Shown: positions 21,700 to 35,304, counted from the first letter of the stretch. The stretch: 64,000 bases of DNA from Nitrospirota bacterium (GCA_963737155.1 CAVTRN010000002.1:64001-128000), one strand, 5' to 3'. The notes: generated by a model from the letters alone, not told the origin. Program-made: numbers and translations.

Positions 21700-21751
21700 G
21701 GAGTACTCCCCTCATAAATAGACTTGACAACGCCGTAACAACGTGGTAGTT

Positions 21752-21783
21752 GTTTGTATACAAACTATTGTAACACATACAAT
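21752..21783. promoter_or_regulatory. Palindromic operator(s) between divergent marR and pal
   Basis: Perfect GTTTGTATACAAAC plus ATTGTA-N5-TACAAT just downstream of TTGACA (21724). Confidence 0.6.
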
Positions 21784-22057
21784 ACGGAATGCAATTAAAA
21801 TGAATTACTCCCTTAAAACATATGGAGGGCCGGGGTTCAAAAAATAACGTCTTTCAATTAATATAAATAACCGTTAGAAAGGAGTATGGAAAGATTATGC
21901 CAGGTTGAAGACTATTCAAAGAAATTTAGCAGTGGATGCCCATGGATTTTTAATTATGCTTGTAGGCACAAAGACAGATCAACATTGAAAGGTGATTTAT
22001 AACTACGGCACTTGAACAGCAGAAAACGACACCAGTAATGCAAGGAGGAACAACGAT

Positions 22058-22609
22058 ATGAGTCGCAAAAGCTTGTTGTATCTAATATTTGTCTTATTAG
22101 TCGGTATGGTGACTTTGTGGGGTTGTCCGAAAAAAGCAGAAGTGACAACGACGCCTGAAGCACAACCACAGGCAGAAAAGGTGATGCCCCCGGCCACACC
22201 GGTTCCATCGACTGAAGCTGCACCAGCCGAAATGCAACCCGAAGCAGCGAATGAAAAGGCCGGAACGATGGCGGAAGGACTCAAGCCAATTTATTTTGAA
22301 TTCGACAAGTCATTTATCCGTGACGATGCACAGGCCATTATGAGGGCTAATGCTGAATGGCTTAAAGCGAACCCCAAGACAACAATTAAGATCGAAGGGA
22401 ATTGTGATGAACGGGGGACAAAAGAGTACAACCAGGCGCTTGGTCAACGTCGTGCAGAGAGTGCAAAAAAGTATCTGACCGAATTGGGCATTGCAGGGCA
22501 CCGCATCTCACTCCTCAGTTATGGTAAGGAAAAACCGGTCTGCAGCGAACATGATGAAACCTGCTTGCAGAAGAACCGGCGTGATGATTTCGTCGTTACC
22601 GGTAACTAA
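22058..22609 (+). CDS. pal: Peptidoglycan-associated lipoprotein (OmpA C-terminal domain)
   Basis: Lipobox LWGC; IYFEFDKS, IEGNCDERGTKEYNQALGQRRA, SYGKEKP, NRR. Confidence 0.9.
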   Translation: MSRKSLLYLIFVLLVGMVTLWGCPKKAEVTTTPEAQPQAEKVMPPATPVPSTEAAPAEMQPEAANEKAGTMAEGLKPIYFEFDKSFIRDDAQAIMRANAEWLKANPKTTIKIEGNCDERGTKEYNQALGQRRAESAKKYLTELGIAGHRISLLSYGKEKPVCSEHDETCLQKNRRDDFVVTGN

Positions 22610-22967
22610 GTATGCTGGAACCGGGAAGTGCATGTACCTACCCAGCTGGAGTTTCGATAGTCGAGTTGCCGCCGTCGGGAAAGTTGCTCGAGGGATGATC
22701 GGGAAATGGCAATGGGCATTTTTACCCCGGAATATGTCTTTCTCGCCGTCGTTCTGCTTGTTGTCGCATATCGCATGATGATAACGTCGAATACGTATGA
22801 AGAATCCGGCGAATCGTCGATGAATAACGACAAGAGAAAACGGCTTCATTGATGTCGATGTGCACGGTATTCTCCAGCAGGACATGCAAGGATTTAAAAA
22901 AAACTGTTGGCGGACAGAACCACATAGGTTGCCGTGCGAAATAACCAATTGAACAGAAGGTAACGTA

Positions 22968-23329
22968 ATGAGCAATTTGGACAAGCTTAAGTGGGCAGAA
23001 TTAAAGGCTGATTTGGAAAAGGGTTTAGGGAAAGAATCGTGGCTCTCAAGAAAGGCGCCATGGTCGTCAGAAAGAGAGCAGGCGAATTGACGGAAGAAGA
23101 AGATTACCAATATAAACTTTTCGCGCTGAAGGCAAAAGTGCACAATAGTATTTCCGACCTTGGTGCAAGGGTGTATACACTGGTGGCGACTCAAGGCGGA
23201 ATAAATCCTGCTCTCGATGCCACGGTAAGGGACATTATTGCGCAGGTTAAACGCTACGAAGCTGAGATCAGCATTCTCGAAAATAACCCACGAAAACCAT
23301 TAAAACGGAGAATCGAAAAAGCCGCGTGA
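22968..23329 (+). pseudogene. Hypothetical coiled-coil protein, start apparently frameshifted
   Basis: MSNLDKLKWAELKADLEKG (22968) out of frame with ALKKGAMVVRKRAGELTEE. Confidence 0.4.
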
Positions 23330-23452
23330 TTCCTACCGGCTGTCACAGATGCGCACTGATTCACTTTGAGGCGCCGGAGCTTTAGAGCACTTCGGCGTCC
23401 GTTTTTTATCATACCTTGCAAGTTAGCATAGCTAGGAAGGATGGCATATTGA

Positions 23453-25228
23453 GTGTTTGACTTTCTCAAAGCGAAATCTCTCCAGGCCTACCGCATGGCT
23501 GCGGGCCTTGGTACAGACGAGAACACGTTTCTTATTATTTCCTCAGTGATTGTAGGTGTTCTCGGGGGCGCTGCCAACATCCTGTTCCGCTCAACCTTGC
23601 AGTTCGTCCACAATGTCATTTTCGTGCACGGTTCTCAGCTGCTGGGTATCACCCGGGGCGGATGGTACCGCGCGCTGGTCCCTTTGCTGCCGATGACAGG
23701 AGCGCTTTTGCTGATACCGCTTTCCCTTCTTTTCCCGGGCGAGGTCAACGGATACGGCTTTGCCAAGTTTCTGGAAGTGGTAAACATCAAAGGTGGTTTC
23801 CTGAAATTCAGGAATATCATTCTCAAGACTGTTGGGCCGGCCTTGACGATTGGCTCGGGTGGATCGGCAGGCGTTGAGGGCCCGATCGCCATCATCGGCG
23901 GTACGGTGGGATCCGCGGTGGGACGCCTGTTCAAAACGTCGGGGAACCGCACCAAGCTCCTGATCGCGGCAGGTTCGGCCGCCGGGATCGCGGCAACCTT
24001 CAATGCTCCGATCGCGGGCGTCATGTTTTCCACCGAGATCGTGCTGCTGGGCGATTACGAGATCGCGTCATTTGCCGCCATCGTGATCGCCTCGGGGATC
24101 GCCACGGTCGTTTCCCGCGGTTATTATGGGGCCACCCCCGCCTTCATTGTGCCGCAGTACGAACTGGTGAGTATCTTCGAACTTCCCCTTTACCTTGTGC
24201 TCGGCCTGGTCATCGGTTTTACATCCGTTTTCTATGTCCGCACATTCTACCGCTTGAAAGACGAGTTCGAAACCTTAAAAATGCATCCCCAGATGAGGCC
24301 CGTGCTGGGTGCCCTTCTGGTGGGATGTCTAGGCATATTCCTGCCGGAGATCATGGGCAACGGTTACGAGTTCATCGAAAAAGCGCTGCATGAAAACATG
24401 CTCTTCCCGATTCTCATTTGTCTTGTTTTTTTCAAAGTCGTGGCCACATCGATCACACTCGGGTCCGGCGGAGCGGGCGGTGTTTTTGCGCCGGCGCTTT
24501 TCATCGGAGCAATGACGGGCGGTAGTTTCGGGTACGTGGTGCATAGGTTGTTTCCTCATTTAACGGCGACGCCCGGTGCCTATGCGACCGTCGGCATCGG
24601 CTCATTCCTCGCCGCAGCAACTCACGCGCCGCTCACCGGCATTTTTCTCCTGTTCGAAATGACGGGGAACTACAAGATTATCGTGCCGCTCATGTTCAGC
24701 TCCATCATAGGGACCCTGATCGCAAAGCGGCTGTATCATGACTCCATTGACACAGCAGAGCTCACCAGGAAAGGCATCAAGCTCCATGCCGGCAAAGAAC
24801 AATCCATCATGGGTCGCATAAAGGTCGGTGATGTTTTGGTCACCGACGTCGTGACCGTCACCCCCGAGACGCCCCTCCATCGGCTGATCGAAATCATGAT
24901 AGAAAAGGAGCGATTCTATATCCCTGTTGTCGATTTCGCCGGGGAAATGGCGGGAATCGTGTCCATTCACGATGTCCGTCCCGTCCTTCTAGAGGAACGG
25001 GTGACTCATATTGTGAATGCCGGAGACATCGCGACGGTAAAAGTAATCGTGCTTGCGCCTGAGGACGATCTAAACACGGCCATGGAGAAGTTTTCCAAGA
25101 AGGACATTGAGGAAATCCCCGTAGTGGAACGGAAGGGCTCGAAAAAAATCATAGGCATGGTGAAGCGTAAAGACATAATCGGCGTTTATAACAGGGAAGT
25201 CCTGAAAAGGGAGAGCGGACTGGAGTAG
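23453..25228 (+). CDS. ClC chloride channel/antiporter with CBS pair
   Basis: GSGGSAGVEGP, AATFNAPIAG, GGVFAPALFIG, C-terminal CBS domains. Confidence 0.92.
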   Translation: MFDFLKAKSLQAYRMAAGLGTDENTFLIISSVIVGVLGGAANILFRSTLQFVHNVIFVHGSQLLGITRGGWYRALVPLLPMTGALLLIPLSLLFPGEVNGYGFAKFLEVVNIKGGFLKFRNIILKTVGPALTIGSGGSAGVEGPIAIIGGTVGSAVGRLFKTSGNRTKLLIAAGSAAGIAATFNAPIAGVMFSTEIVLLGDYEIASFAAIVIASGIATVVSRGYYGATPAFIVPQYELVSIFELPLYLVLGLVIGFTSVFYVRTFYRLKDEFETLKMHPQMRPVLGALLVGCLGIFLPEIMGNGYEFIEKALHENMLFPILICLVFFKVVATSITLGSGGAGGVFAPALFIGAMTGGSFGYVVHRLFPHLTATPGAYATVGIGSFLAAATHAPLTGIFLLFEMTGNYKIIVPLMFSSIIGTLIAKRLYHDSIDTAELTRKGIKLHAGKEQSIMGRIKVGDVLVTDVVTVTPETPLHRLIEIMIEKERFYIPVVDFAGEMAGIVSIHDVRPVLLEERVTHIVNAGDIATVKVIVLAPEDDLNTAMEKFSKKDIEEIPVVERKGSKKIIGMVKRKDIIGVYNREVLKRESGLE

Positions 25229-25325
25229 CTGGCTGACGTCCCTATAATCCGTTCGCAAAGGGTAACAGGTGTTCCTATACGCGACAGCGTGAGTCTGCGT
25301 AAAGCGATAAGTTAGTTCTCACTGC

Positions 25326-25895
25326 TCAATGGAGTCTGCCACCTCCGTCAACGTCCAAGATGGCTCCAGTAGTAAATCCGTTGGAGAGCAGGTAAAGCGC
25401 GGCTTGTGTGAGCTCGTCCGGTTTACCCGCCCGACCCACAGGAAGGTTGCCGCTCATCTGCTTGAAGAAGGCCTTCTTCTCTTCACCTGATATCCAGTTG
25501 TAAGCCGGCGTGTCCACCAAACCAGGCGAGAGAATATTCACACGAATTGGAGCAAGCTCCTTTGCCAAAGTCATGGCCATACACATGATCGCTCCATTTA
25601 CAGACGCAACACCTGCCGTTCCTGGAATTGCCGAGCGGGCAGCTCCGCCGATCGTGAAGAGGATTTACCCTCCCTAGCGGATGAGCGGAGCACCATATTT
25701 GGCATACAGAAAACATCCCCAGAACTTCGTCTTAAATGCGCTCTCGAGGGCGGGCGATTGAATTTCAGACCGCTTGCCCCATGCGGGTAGTCCCGCACCC
25801 ATCAGCATGAGGTGGTCGAAAGCACCAAGCGTGCTGAAAAACTCCCGCACCGCATCTTCTTTTGAGAAATCCAGAGTCCGGCATAGCTCCTTCTC
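25326..25895 (-). pseudogene. Short-chain dehydrogenase, 5'-truncated and frameshifted
   Basis: FDHLML, TKFWG, LAKELAPIRVNILSPGLVDTP, FTTGAILDVDGG over several frames. Confidence 0.8.
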
Positions 25896-25976
25896 CTCTA
25901 CATAATACAATCAAGAATTTTCACAAGTACAGATTTCCGAATTACAATCGTTCCACCGATGATGAAGGAGCCATGT

Positions 25977-27860
25977 CTATTCCCGTGATTCTGAATAAAG
26001 TTCAACGATCTCCTCCAGCAGTTCTGCAACACGCTCCCAAGTAATAATACCCACGACATTAACGGAGGACGAAGTCGATCCTGGCTGCCTGAGCACGATT
26101 GCGATTGCAGCGTGCGATCGGTGCAGGTGGGCCAAAATGCTGTCCATCGTCTCGTTCTCGCGGGCATAGATGAAGTCACGCCGCATCACGTCGGCCACGG
26201 AATGCCAGCCCTTGCGTTCGGTCTCTTGGGCGGACAGCGCATAGTCCCTCGGAGCGACGCCAATGATATGGCCATCGTCCATGACGAGGAACCACCGCAC
26301 GTCCGGGTGCTCTATTGAGCGACGGGCGAGAACCTCCAGACTATCCGAGGACGATACCATCACGACTGTTATTTGCATGATATCTCGCGCCCGCCGGACA
26401 TGGAACAGATTCGTCTGGAGGGCAGCCGGAATATAGTGATCCCGGCGAGCGAGTTTCATTGTGTAAATGCTTTCGCGGGTGAGCAACGTGCGCGTGCCGT
26501 AGCTCAGCGCTACAGTAATTGTCATAGGAAGAATGACGCTATAATCCAGGGTCATCTCAAAAATCATGACGATCGCCGTCATTGCAGCACCTGTAGCTCC
26601 ACCGACCATGCCCGCCATGCCGGCGACGGCGAACGCAGCCGGACTTACCGGTACGTGCGGAAGAACATGTTGGAGAGCAATCCCAAATGCGCCTCCGGCT
26701 GTTGCGCCCAGAAACAGGGACGGCGAGAATATTCCGCCCGAGCCTCCCGACCCCAGGGTCAGAGATGTTGCTAGGAGTTTCAAAAAAAACAGCAGTACGA
26801 GAAGATGGACGGCGTGAATGTCTCCAGTCAGGATGTCCTGGACCGTCGAGTAGCCGACGCCCTCGACATAATAATGACCCGTCGTGGACATGAGGCCGTA
26901 AATTAACCCTCCCACCGCCAGCATGCCAAAAGCATGGCGCAGATAGGGATTGTTTACCGTGCGTTTCTCGAAAAAATCTTCAGCCAGGTAGAGCGAATGA
27001 ATATATACGGCGGAAGCCAGGCCCATCATTATTCCCAGCGCGGCATAGGGGATGAGGAGCCAGGGACTGAGCGGATGGAAATAGGGCTGCTGGAGTGCAG
27101 GGATGACGAAAGACGGATGAACCCCGAAGAACAGCCGGCCCACGTACGTAGCCGTGACCGTAGTTACTGCGACGGGTACCAGCGTGGCAACACTCACTTC
27201 TTGCAGCAACAGTTCTACAGCAAACAAGATGCCGCCGATGGGCGTATTGAAGGTCGCAGCGATTCCAGCTCCCGCTCCAGCGGCAACCAGGGTGATGCGC
27301 TGCTTCGTCGTCATGGAAAAAAGCTGGCCCATGGTGGATCCAAATGCCGATCCGATCTGGGCGATCGGTCCCTCCCTTCCCACGGACCCGCCGCTGCCAA
27401 TGGATAGTGCCGAGGCAAGGGACTTGAACAAGGCGACTACGGGACGGATTGCGCCCTTGCTGTAGTACACGGCGTCCATGACCTCAGGCACGCCGTGGCC
27501 CTTCGCTTCCGGAGCAAAATGGGTGACGAGGAAGGTTACTCCCATCGAGCCGATCACCGGTACGAGGACGACCAAGGAGCCCCAGGGGCTGGCTGCAGCG
27601 TGGACGTTCGCGTCATAGGCGGCCGATAGTCTGCCGTAAAAGAGTGCGTTGTGCACCAGCGCGATGAGTGCGCGGAAAACGACGGCTCCCAAGCCGGCGA
27701 TCCCGCCGGTCAAAACGGCAAGGAGCATAAAGCGCGCCCTTCTCATGGGCCTCATCAACATGTCGAAAGGTGTATTAGTCATGGCTATCAGATCGATAAT
27801 TCGGACTCCCCATTCCATCCGCCTCACTTGTACCTGTATAAGAATATCTCTTCCTGACAC
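25977..27860 (-). CDS. ClC chloride channel/antiporter with CBS pair
   Basis: GHGVPE, GSGGSVGREGP, GGIFSPSLF, SIYT; CBS domains. Confidence 0.92.
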   Translation of the reverse strand: MSGRDILIQVQVRRMEWGVRIIDLIAMTNTPFDMLMRPMRRARFMLLAVLTGGIAGLGAVVFRALIALVHNALFYGRLSAAYDANVHAAASPWGSLVVLVPVIGSMGVTFLVTHFAPEAKGHGVPEVMDAVYYSKGAIRPVVALFKSLASALSIGSGGSVGREGPIAQIGSAFGSTMGQLFSMTTKQRITLVAAGAGAGIAATFNTPIGGILFAVELLLQEVSVATLVPVAVTTVTATYVGRLFFGVHPSFVIPALQQPYFHPLSPWLLIPYAALGIMMGLASAVYIHSLYLAEDFFEKRTVNNPYLRHAFGMLAVGGLIYGLMSTTGHYYVEGVGYSTVQDILTGDIHAVHLLVLLFFLKLLATSLTLGSGGSGGIFSPSLFLGATAGGAFGIALQHVLPHVPVSPAAFAVAGMAGMVGGATGAAMTAIVMIFEMTLDYSVILPMTITVALSYGTRTLLTRESIYTMKLARRDHYIPAALQTNLFHVRRARDIMQITVVMVSSSDSLEVLARRSIEHPDVRWFLVMDDGHIIGVAPRDYALSAQETERKGWHSVADVMRRDFIYARENETMDSILAHLHRSHAAIAIVLRQPGSTSSSVNVVGIITWERVAELLEEIVELYSESRE

Positions 27861-28182
27861 GGGCCTCTTTCACTGGATATATATGAGTATATCAGGAACC
27901 ATTTATGAAGGACAAAGCTTCTTATTCATAAGCGTGAATTACTCCACTCCAACGCGCAGTTCATTTTGGCGCAGTTTGAAAATGCTAAGCAGCGAGGATA
28001 TTTGATATAGAGCGAGGTCAATCATGTTGATTAGGCATTTTCGGGTAGCACTATCGGATGGACAGTGACATGATGATGAACTAGGGCGATACGATGATGA
28101 AGAGTGGCCAGATGATGATGGATGAAGGCAAGAAGTTGAGCAAGGGCAAAAATACAACTTGTAAATTACACGGTTGCGATAA

Positions 28183-28300
28183 ATGGAAACTCGTCTACAG
28201 GAAGCACATCATATTTTATTATGTGATTGAATCAGTGCATACTCCAATCTGAATTATTGCCCAAGATGCAATGCTAACTGTACCATGGTATCGAATCCAC
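28183..28300 (+). repeat. Arm-only half copy of the boundary repeat
   Basis: ATGGAAAC..CAGGAAG at 28183-28204, then GGTATCGAATCCAC (cf. GGTATCGGATTCAC of copy C); similarity ends after CAC. Confidence 0.55.
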
Positions 28301-28743
28301 TGATATTCCTCTCCTTTTATCTGGATCTCATAGCTAAGTCTTTTTCTATGTCTTTTATTTTTTATTAACACCCGATTTCTGTTTTCCATGATCTCTCCCT
28401 GGCAATACTTCCATGCCGTGCCAAAGGTCCTTCACAAAATCCAGATGTATATCACGAATCAGCAATGAGTAGAAAGCTTACTTCATCCTCCCTCACAGAG
28501 GCAAGAAAATTATGAACGGAACTCATCATAAATTTTTCTGGCCCGCCTGCCCAGACATTAATCTCGATTTCAGGTGAAGCTTCTTAAGGTCTCTACTACT
28601 TTCGACGCTAGCGACTTGCCGCTTGCAGGTAGGTCTGTAATGAAAAAAAGTGTAAATAATTATATTCAATAATATAATTTAATGCTTATATATCAATATG
28701 TTAATCTGACTTTCCACAAGATTTAGAAAGCACTTGCACCCTC

Positions 28744-28804
28744 TTGACAACTTTTATATTTTTTGGTAAAAATCGAATTGGCACTCTACCAGTGAGAGTG
28801 CCAA
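28744..28804 (+). promoter_or_regulatory. Sigma70 promoter plus CIRCE (HrcA operator, 28778-28804)
   Basis: TTGACA-17 nt-TAAAAA; TTGGCACTC-N9-GAGTGCCAA upstream of chaperone genes. Confidence 0.9.
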
Positions 28805-28860
28805 TAAACGGACTGAGATCTACGCAGTAAAATAAATCAGCTAAAGAAGGAGGGAATATC

Positions 28861-29289
28861 ATGTTATGGACGGATTTGGACAGATTCGGATTTCAGGACC
28901 CTTGGCGCATATTCGATCGTTTGAATCGCGCGACCTCAGGATTACCTGCTCCATCAACGAGCGAATTTCCCATGGTCAATGTCTGGATGGATGGCGACCG
29001 AGCGATCATCACTTCAGAGCTGCCCGGCGTCCTGCCAACTGATGTAGACATCTCGGTGGCAGGCAAGTCGGTGACGCTGCGGGGGGCTCGGGCATCGGAG
29101 GACACGTGCGAGGGCGAATGCCGACACCGGCGCGAGCGTTGGAGCGGGTCATTTACACGGTCCATCGAGCTGCCCTATCTCGTGGACCAGGACAAGGTCG
29201 AAGCCAGATTCAGCAAGGGCGTACTGGAACTCACCCTGCCTCGGGCCGAGGCAGACAAGCCGAGAAAGATCGCCATTAAGTCTGAATAG
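28861..29289 (+). CDS. Hsp20/alpha-crystallin small heat-shock protein
   Basis: FPMVNVW, ELPGV, RRERWSGSFTRSIELP, GVLELTLP. Confidence 0.92.
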   Translation: MLWTDLDRFGFQDPWRIFDRLNRATSGLPAPSTSEFPMVNVWMDGDRAIITSELPGVLPTDVDISVAGKSVTLRGARASEDTCEGECRHRRERWSGSFTRSIELPYLVDQDKVEARFSKGVLELTLPRAEADKPRKIAIKSE

Positions 29290-29306
29290 AAAGGAGGAGG
29301 CAGACA

Positions 29307-29711
29307 ATGACAGAGGTAAATCGGGAAATGACCAAGAAGGAAGCAAGCGTGCCAGAAGGGGTGGAACGCACGAAGCCGCGAAGGGTCTTCAAGCCTGACG
29401 TGGACATTATAGAATTGAAGGACGAAACAGTTTTGACCGCCGACCTGCCGGGCGTAGACGAGCATTCGCTTGATATCACTCTTGACAAGAACGTTCTTAC
29501 CATCAAGGGGGCTGTGGAGCAGAAAATCCCAGCGGGATACCGGCTCGCCTACGGAGAATACGAGGTTGGGGACTACGAGCGGGCCTTCACACTTTCGGAC
29601 GAGGTGGACAAGGACCGCATTCAGGCATCTGTTAAGAACGGCGTTTTGAGGCTGGTTTTGCCAAAGTCGCCGGTTGCTAAGACAAGAAAGATCGCGGTCA
29701 CGGCCGCTTAG
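29307..29711 (+). CDS. Hsp20/alpha-crystallin small heat-shock protein
   Basis: PDVDIIE, ADLPGV, YERAFTLS, NGVLRLVLPK. Confidence 0.92.
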   Translation: MTEVNREMTKKEASVPEGVERTKPRRVFKPDVDIIELKDETVLTADLPGVDEHSLDITLDKNVLTIKGAVEQKIPAGYRLAYGEYEVGDYERAFTLSDEVDKDRIQASVKNGVLRLVLPKSPVAKTRKIAVTAA

Positions 29712-29732
29712 GAACGTAATCAAACGAAGGAG

Positions 29733-30236
29733 GTGGACATTATGGACATCAAGAATCTCATCCCTTTCGGTAAGAAGAACATCGAGGTTCGACGAGAAGA
29801 AAATCCTTTTGCCATGATGCAGCGTGAAATGAATCGTATTTTTGATTCCGTCAACCGGAACTGGGGACTCGGGGCATTCCCTGAGTTTACAGGATCGTTT
29901 ATGCCACGCCTAGACGTAACTGAGGACTCCAAGGCATTCACCATTACTGCTGAACTGCCAGGCATGAGCGATAAGGACATTGACCTTTCTCTATCCGGCG
30001 ATACGTTAACGATCAGGGGCGAGAAAAAGGAGGAGAAGGAGGAAGAGGATAAAAACAAGAACTATTACTACTCTGAACGCTCCTACGGTACCTTCTTAAG
30101 ATCAATTCCGCTTCCCAGTCAGGTCGAGACGGATAAGGTGGCCGCGAGTTTCAAAAAGGGCGTTCTAACTATAACACTGCCAAAAACTGCCGCGGCTTTA
30201 GATTCAACAAAAAAAATATCCGTGAAGGGTGAGTAA
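29733..30236 (+). CDS. Hsp20/alpha-crystallin small heat-shock protein
   Basis: PRLDVTE, AELPGM, ERSYGTFLRSIPLP, GVLTITLPK. Confidence 0.92.
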   Translation: MDIMDIKNLIPFGKKNIEVRREENPFAMMQREMNRIFDSVNRNWGLGAFPEFTGSFMPRLDVTEDSKAFTITAELPGMSDKDIDLSLSGDTLTIRGEKKEEKEEEDKNKNYYYSERSYGTFLRSIPLPSQVETDKVAASFKKGVLTITLPKTAAALDSTKKISVKGE

Positions 30237-30326
30237 ATATGCATGAAAGAATTCTATTATAAACATGTTTACCCAGACTGGCTATCGGATAAGCGAATGA
30301 CGATGTTGTGAAGGTTGAAGCGTGTT

Positions 30327-31175
30327 ATGAACACAGTGAACACAATTGGTTTGATGGTTTTTATGACACTCCTTCTTATCTTTGTGTGGGCAGCCATTGG
30401 AGGAAAGAGTGGGGGGTGATGGCATTCGCCCTTGCCACGATCATGAACGCCGGCTCCTACTGGTTTAGCGATAAGATCGTGCTCAGGATATACAATGCGC
30501 AGCCGGTGACTGAGTCCCAGGCCCCTGAGCTTTATAGTATGGTGCGAACGCTGGTTCAGAAAGCTGAAATGCCCAGCCAAAAGTTTATATTATCCCCGAT
30601 GAGACACCGAATGCCTTTGCTACAGGTCGGAACCCCGAGCATGCGGTTGTTGCTGTTACGCAGGGAATCATGAGGATTCTCTCCCGGGACGAGTTGGCCG
30701 GCGTTATTGCTCATGAACTGGCCCACATCAAACACCGGGATGTGCTGACAGGCATGATTGTTGCGACCATTACTGGTTCCATCAGCATGCTGTCACAGAT
30801 GGCCCAGTGGGCAATGATCTTCGGCGGAGGCTGCCACAGAGACGACGAGGGCAGCAGCCCTGTCGCTGCTCTGGTTATGATGGTCGTTGCACCAATCGCG
30901 GCTATGATGGTGCAGATGCCATCTCACGGACACGCGAGTTCGAGGCGAACAAGGGAGGTGCACAAATATCCGGAAATCCTTCCGGCCTTGCCAATGCACT
31001 ATTGAAGTTGGAGAAAAGATCACAATTGATCCCTATGCATGATTCACAACCGGCAACGGTGCAGATGTTCATTGTGAATCCATTAACAGGCGAGAGTCTG
31101 TTGAAGCTCTTCAGCACCCACCCGCCTATCTCGGAAAGAGTCCGGCGTTTGAACGAAATAGCACGAGTAAGATAG
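30327..31175 (+). pseudogene. htpX: Zinc metalloprotease HtpX with several frameshifts
   Basis: [27 protein letters not shown] (HExxH), ISRTREF, LFSTHPP in different frames. Confidence 0.85.
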
Positions 31176-31254
31176 ATCGTGCCTTAAATGGGACGAAAGG
31201 CTCGGGTGTCATTCGAGGCTTGATAATCGAAATGCCTGTGACCCGAAGAGAAAC

Positions 31255-31887
31255 ATGCACAGAAAAATCATTGCTTCATTAAAAGATATCTGCAATGAAC
31301 AACGGCGTGTCAATTCGCGGACACTCGAAGCAGTCATTGTGCTCGCGATAGAGATTGCACGCGAGGGCCGTGAAGGAAGAAAGATCGGAACTCTATTTGT
31401 TGTTTCTGATGCTGAAAAAACGTTGAGTTATTCGCGCTGCCTGATGCTCGATCCTCTCCTGCATCATCCCGATGAGGCGAAGCATATTGAGAATCCGGAC
31501 CTGCGCGAAACTGTAAAAGAGCTGGCCCAATTGGATGGAGCGTTCATCGTGTCCGATCCCGGCATCGTGCTCTCCGCCTGTCGTTATGTCAACGCTTCAT
31601 CCGATCACATCAATTTGCCGCTCGGTCTGGGCAGTCGTCATATGGCGGCCGCATCCATTACCAGGCTGACCGACGCTGTGGCAGTTGTCGTGTCGGAAAG
31701 CTCTATTGTCAGGGTATTTGACGACGGAGAGATCATAGCAGAGATACTGCCCGAACTGTGGCTGCTTCACAATTTCAGTCTCCACCTGGCACAGCCCTAT
31801 TCACGACATAGTGACCACGAGATGAGCATATTCGCCAGGAGCGGTATTCTCGCAAAGAGGGAGGATAAGGTACAAGAGATGCAATAG
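31255..31887 (+). CDS. Diadenylate cyclase (DisA_N/DAC) domain protein
   Basis: EGREGRKIGTLFVV, KELAQLDGAF, GLGSRHMAAA, VVVSES. Confidence 0.85.
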   Translation: MHRKIIASLKDICNEQRRVNSRTLEAVIVLAIEIAREGREGRKIGTLFVVSDAEKTLSYSRCLMLDPLLHHPDEAKHIENPDLRETVKELAQLDGAFIVSDPGIVLSACRYVNASSDHINLPLGLGSRHMAAASITRLTDAVAVVVSESSIVRVFDDGEIIAEILPELWLLHNFSLHLAQPYSRHSDHEMSIFARSGILAKREDKVQEMQ

Positions 31888-31942
31888 AACAAGAATTAAT
31901 GAGAGCCTATATTATTTCATATATTAGGGGGGTTCAAACAAA

Positions 31943-33397
<1,455 letters not shown>

Positions 33398-33600
33398 GCA
33401 CTGCAGCTTTCAGCTCATAAGGCACAAAGGAGGTGATATCCCTTCGGATAAGCATTTAACAACATGATTTTCTATCACTATCTTAAACGCCATGCATAGT
33501 CATAGCATGACGTACCGGAAGATCATTAGCTCCGGTCCATAAGCCATTACGAGTACCCGATTTGATTATCCCGGGGACCGAACAGAAAGGAGTGGAGAAG

Positions 33601-33867
33601 ATGAGCACTACGATCAAACCGTTGAAAGAGAGAGTGTTTGTAAGCTACACGGAAGAGCTGGAAAAGACAGCGGGAGGCCTGTATATTCCCGATACAGCCA
33701 AAGAAAAGCCGCAAAGCGGCAAGGTTGAGGCTATCGGTGAAGAGGTAAAGTCTCTGAAGGTTGGAGACAAGATCCTGTTCGACAAGTATTCCGGGTCAAA
33801 GATCAAACTCGACAATGTTGATTACCTTATAGTAAAAGAAGAGGACGTGTTGGGTGTCCTGAGCTGA
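33601..33867 (+). CDS. groES: Co-chaperonin GroES
   Basis: IKPLKERV, TAGGLYIPDTAKEKPQ, LKVGDKILFDKYSG. Confidence 0.95.
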   Translation: MSTTIKPLKERVFVSYTEELEKTAGGLYIPDTAKEKPQSGKVEAIGEEVKSLKVGDKILFDKYSGSKIKLDNVDYLIVKEEDVLGVLS

Positions 33868-33906
33868 ACGCGGCTACCCTGGCGCTCGCAATATAGTATT
33901 TGTTAA

Positions 33907-34897
<991 letters not shown>

Positions 34898-34901
<4 letters not shown>

Positions 34902-35257
34902 AATCCACCTCCTGACGAAAAACGCTGTATCCAGTCTTCCATACGTCTCTCCGACAATTTTATGTCCTTCTCTTTAATTTGCTGCGATTTTTTTGAAAAG
35001 GCGTGGAGCAAAACAATCTGATCGTGCATGTGAAAGAAATAAAGAACTCGGTATTGATTAGAGCTGTAATGAATCCTCAGCTCTCTGATTTTCCCTCGAA
35101 CGACATCCGCATAGGGCCGCTTAAGATTCGGCCCTTCTTCCTCCAAGAGCGACAGATATGCAGCTACCTTAGCACGCGACTTCTTGTCCAGTTCATTAAG
35201 GAATTCATCGATGGGCGAATCGCCTCTCTCTGTTGTATACAAAACAAGACTATACAA
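34898..35257 (-). CDS. RelE/HigB (Gp49-like) toxin
   Basis: SPIDEFL, GKIRELR, YRVLYF, IVLLHAFSKKSQ; toxin-first order with 4-bp overlap. Confidence 0.88.
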
Positions 35258-35304
35258 GTATGCCCCCGTATCTCACTTCTTTATACATCATATTTGATGT
35301 ATTG

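Noticed and set aside
23330-27950. Fluoride riboswitch or CLC-F exporters
   Set aside because: No crcB-motif RNA seen; proteins lack the GNNLI/GREGT/GEVTP signatures
27939-28157. Ser/His-rich ORF from GAT repeats
   Set aside because: Low complexity, no RBS or recognisable family
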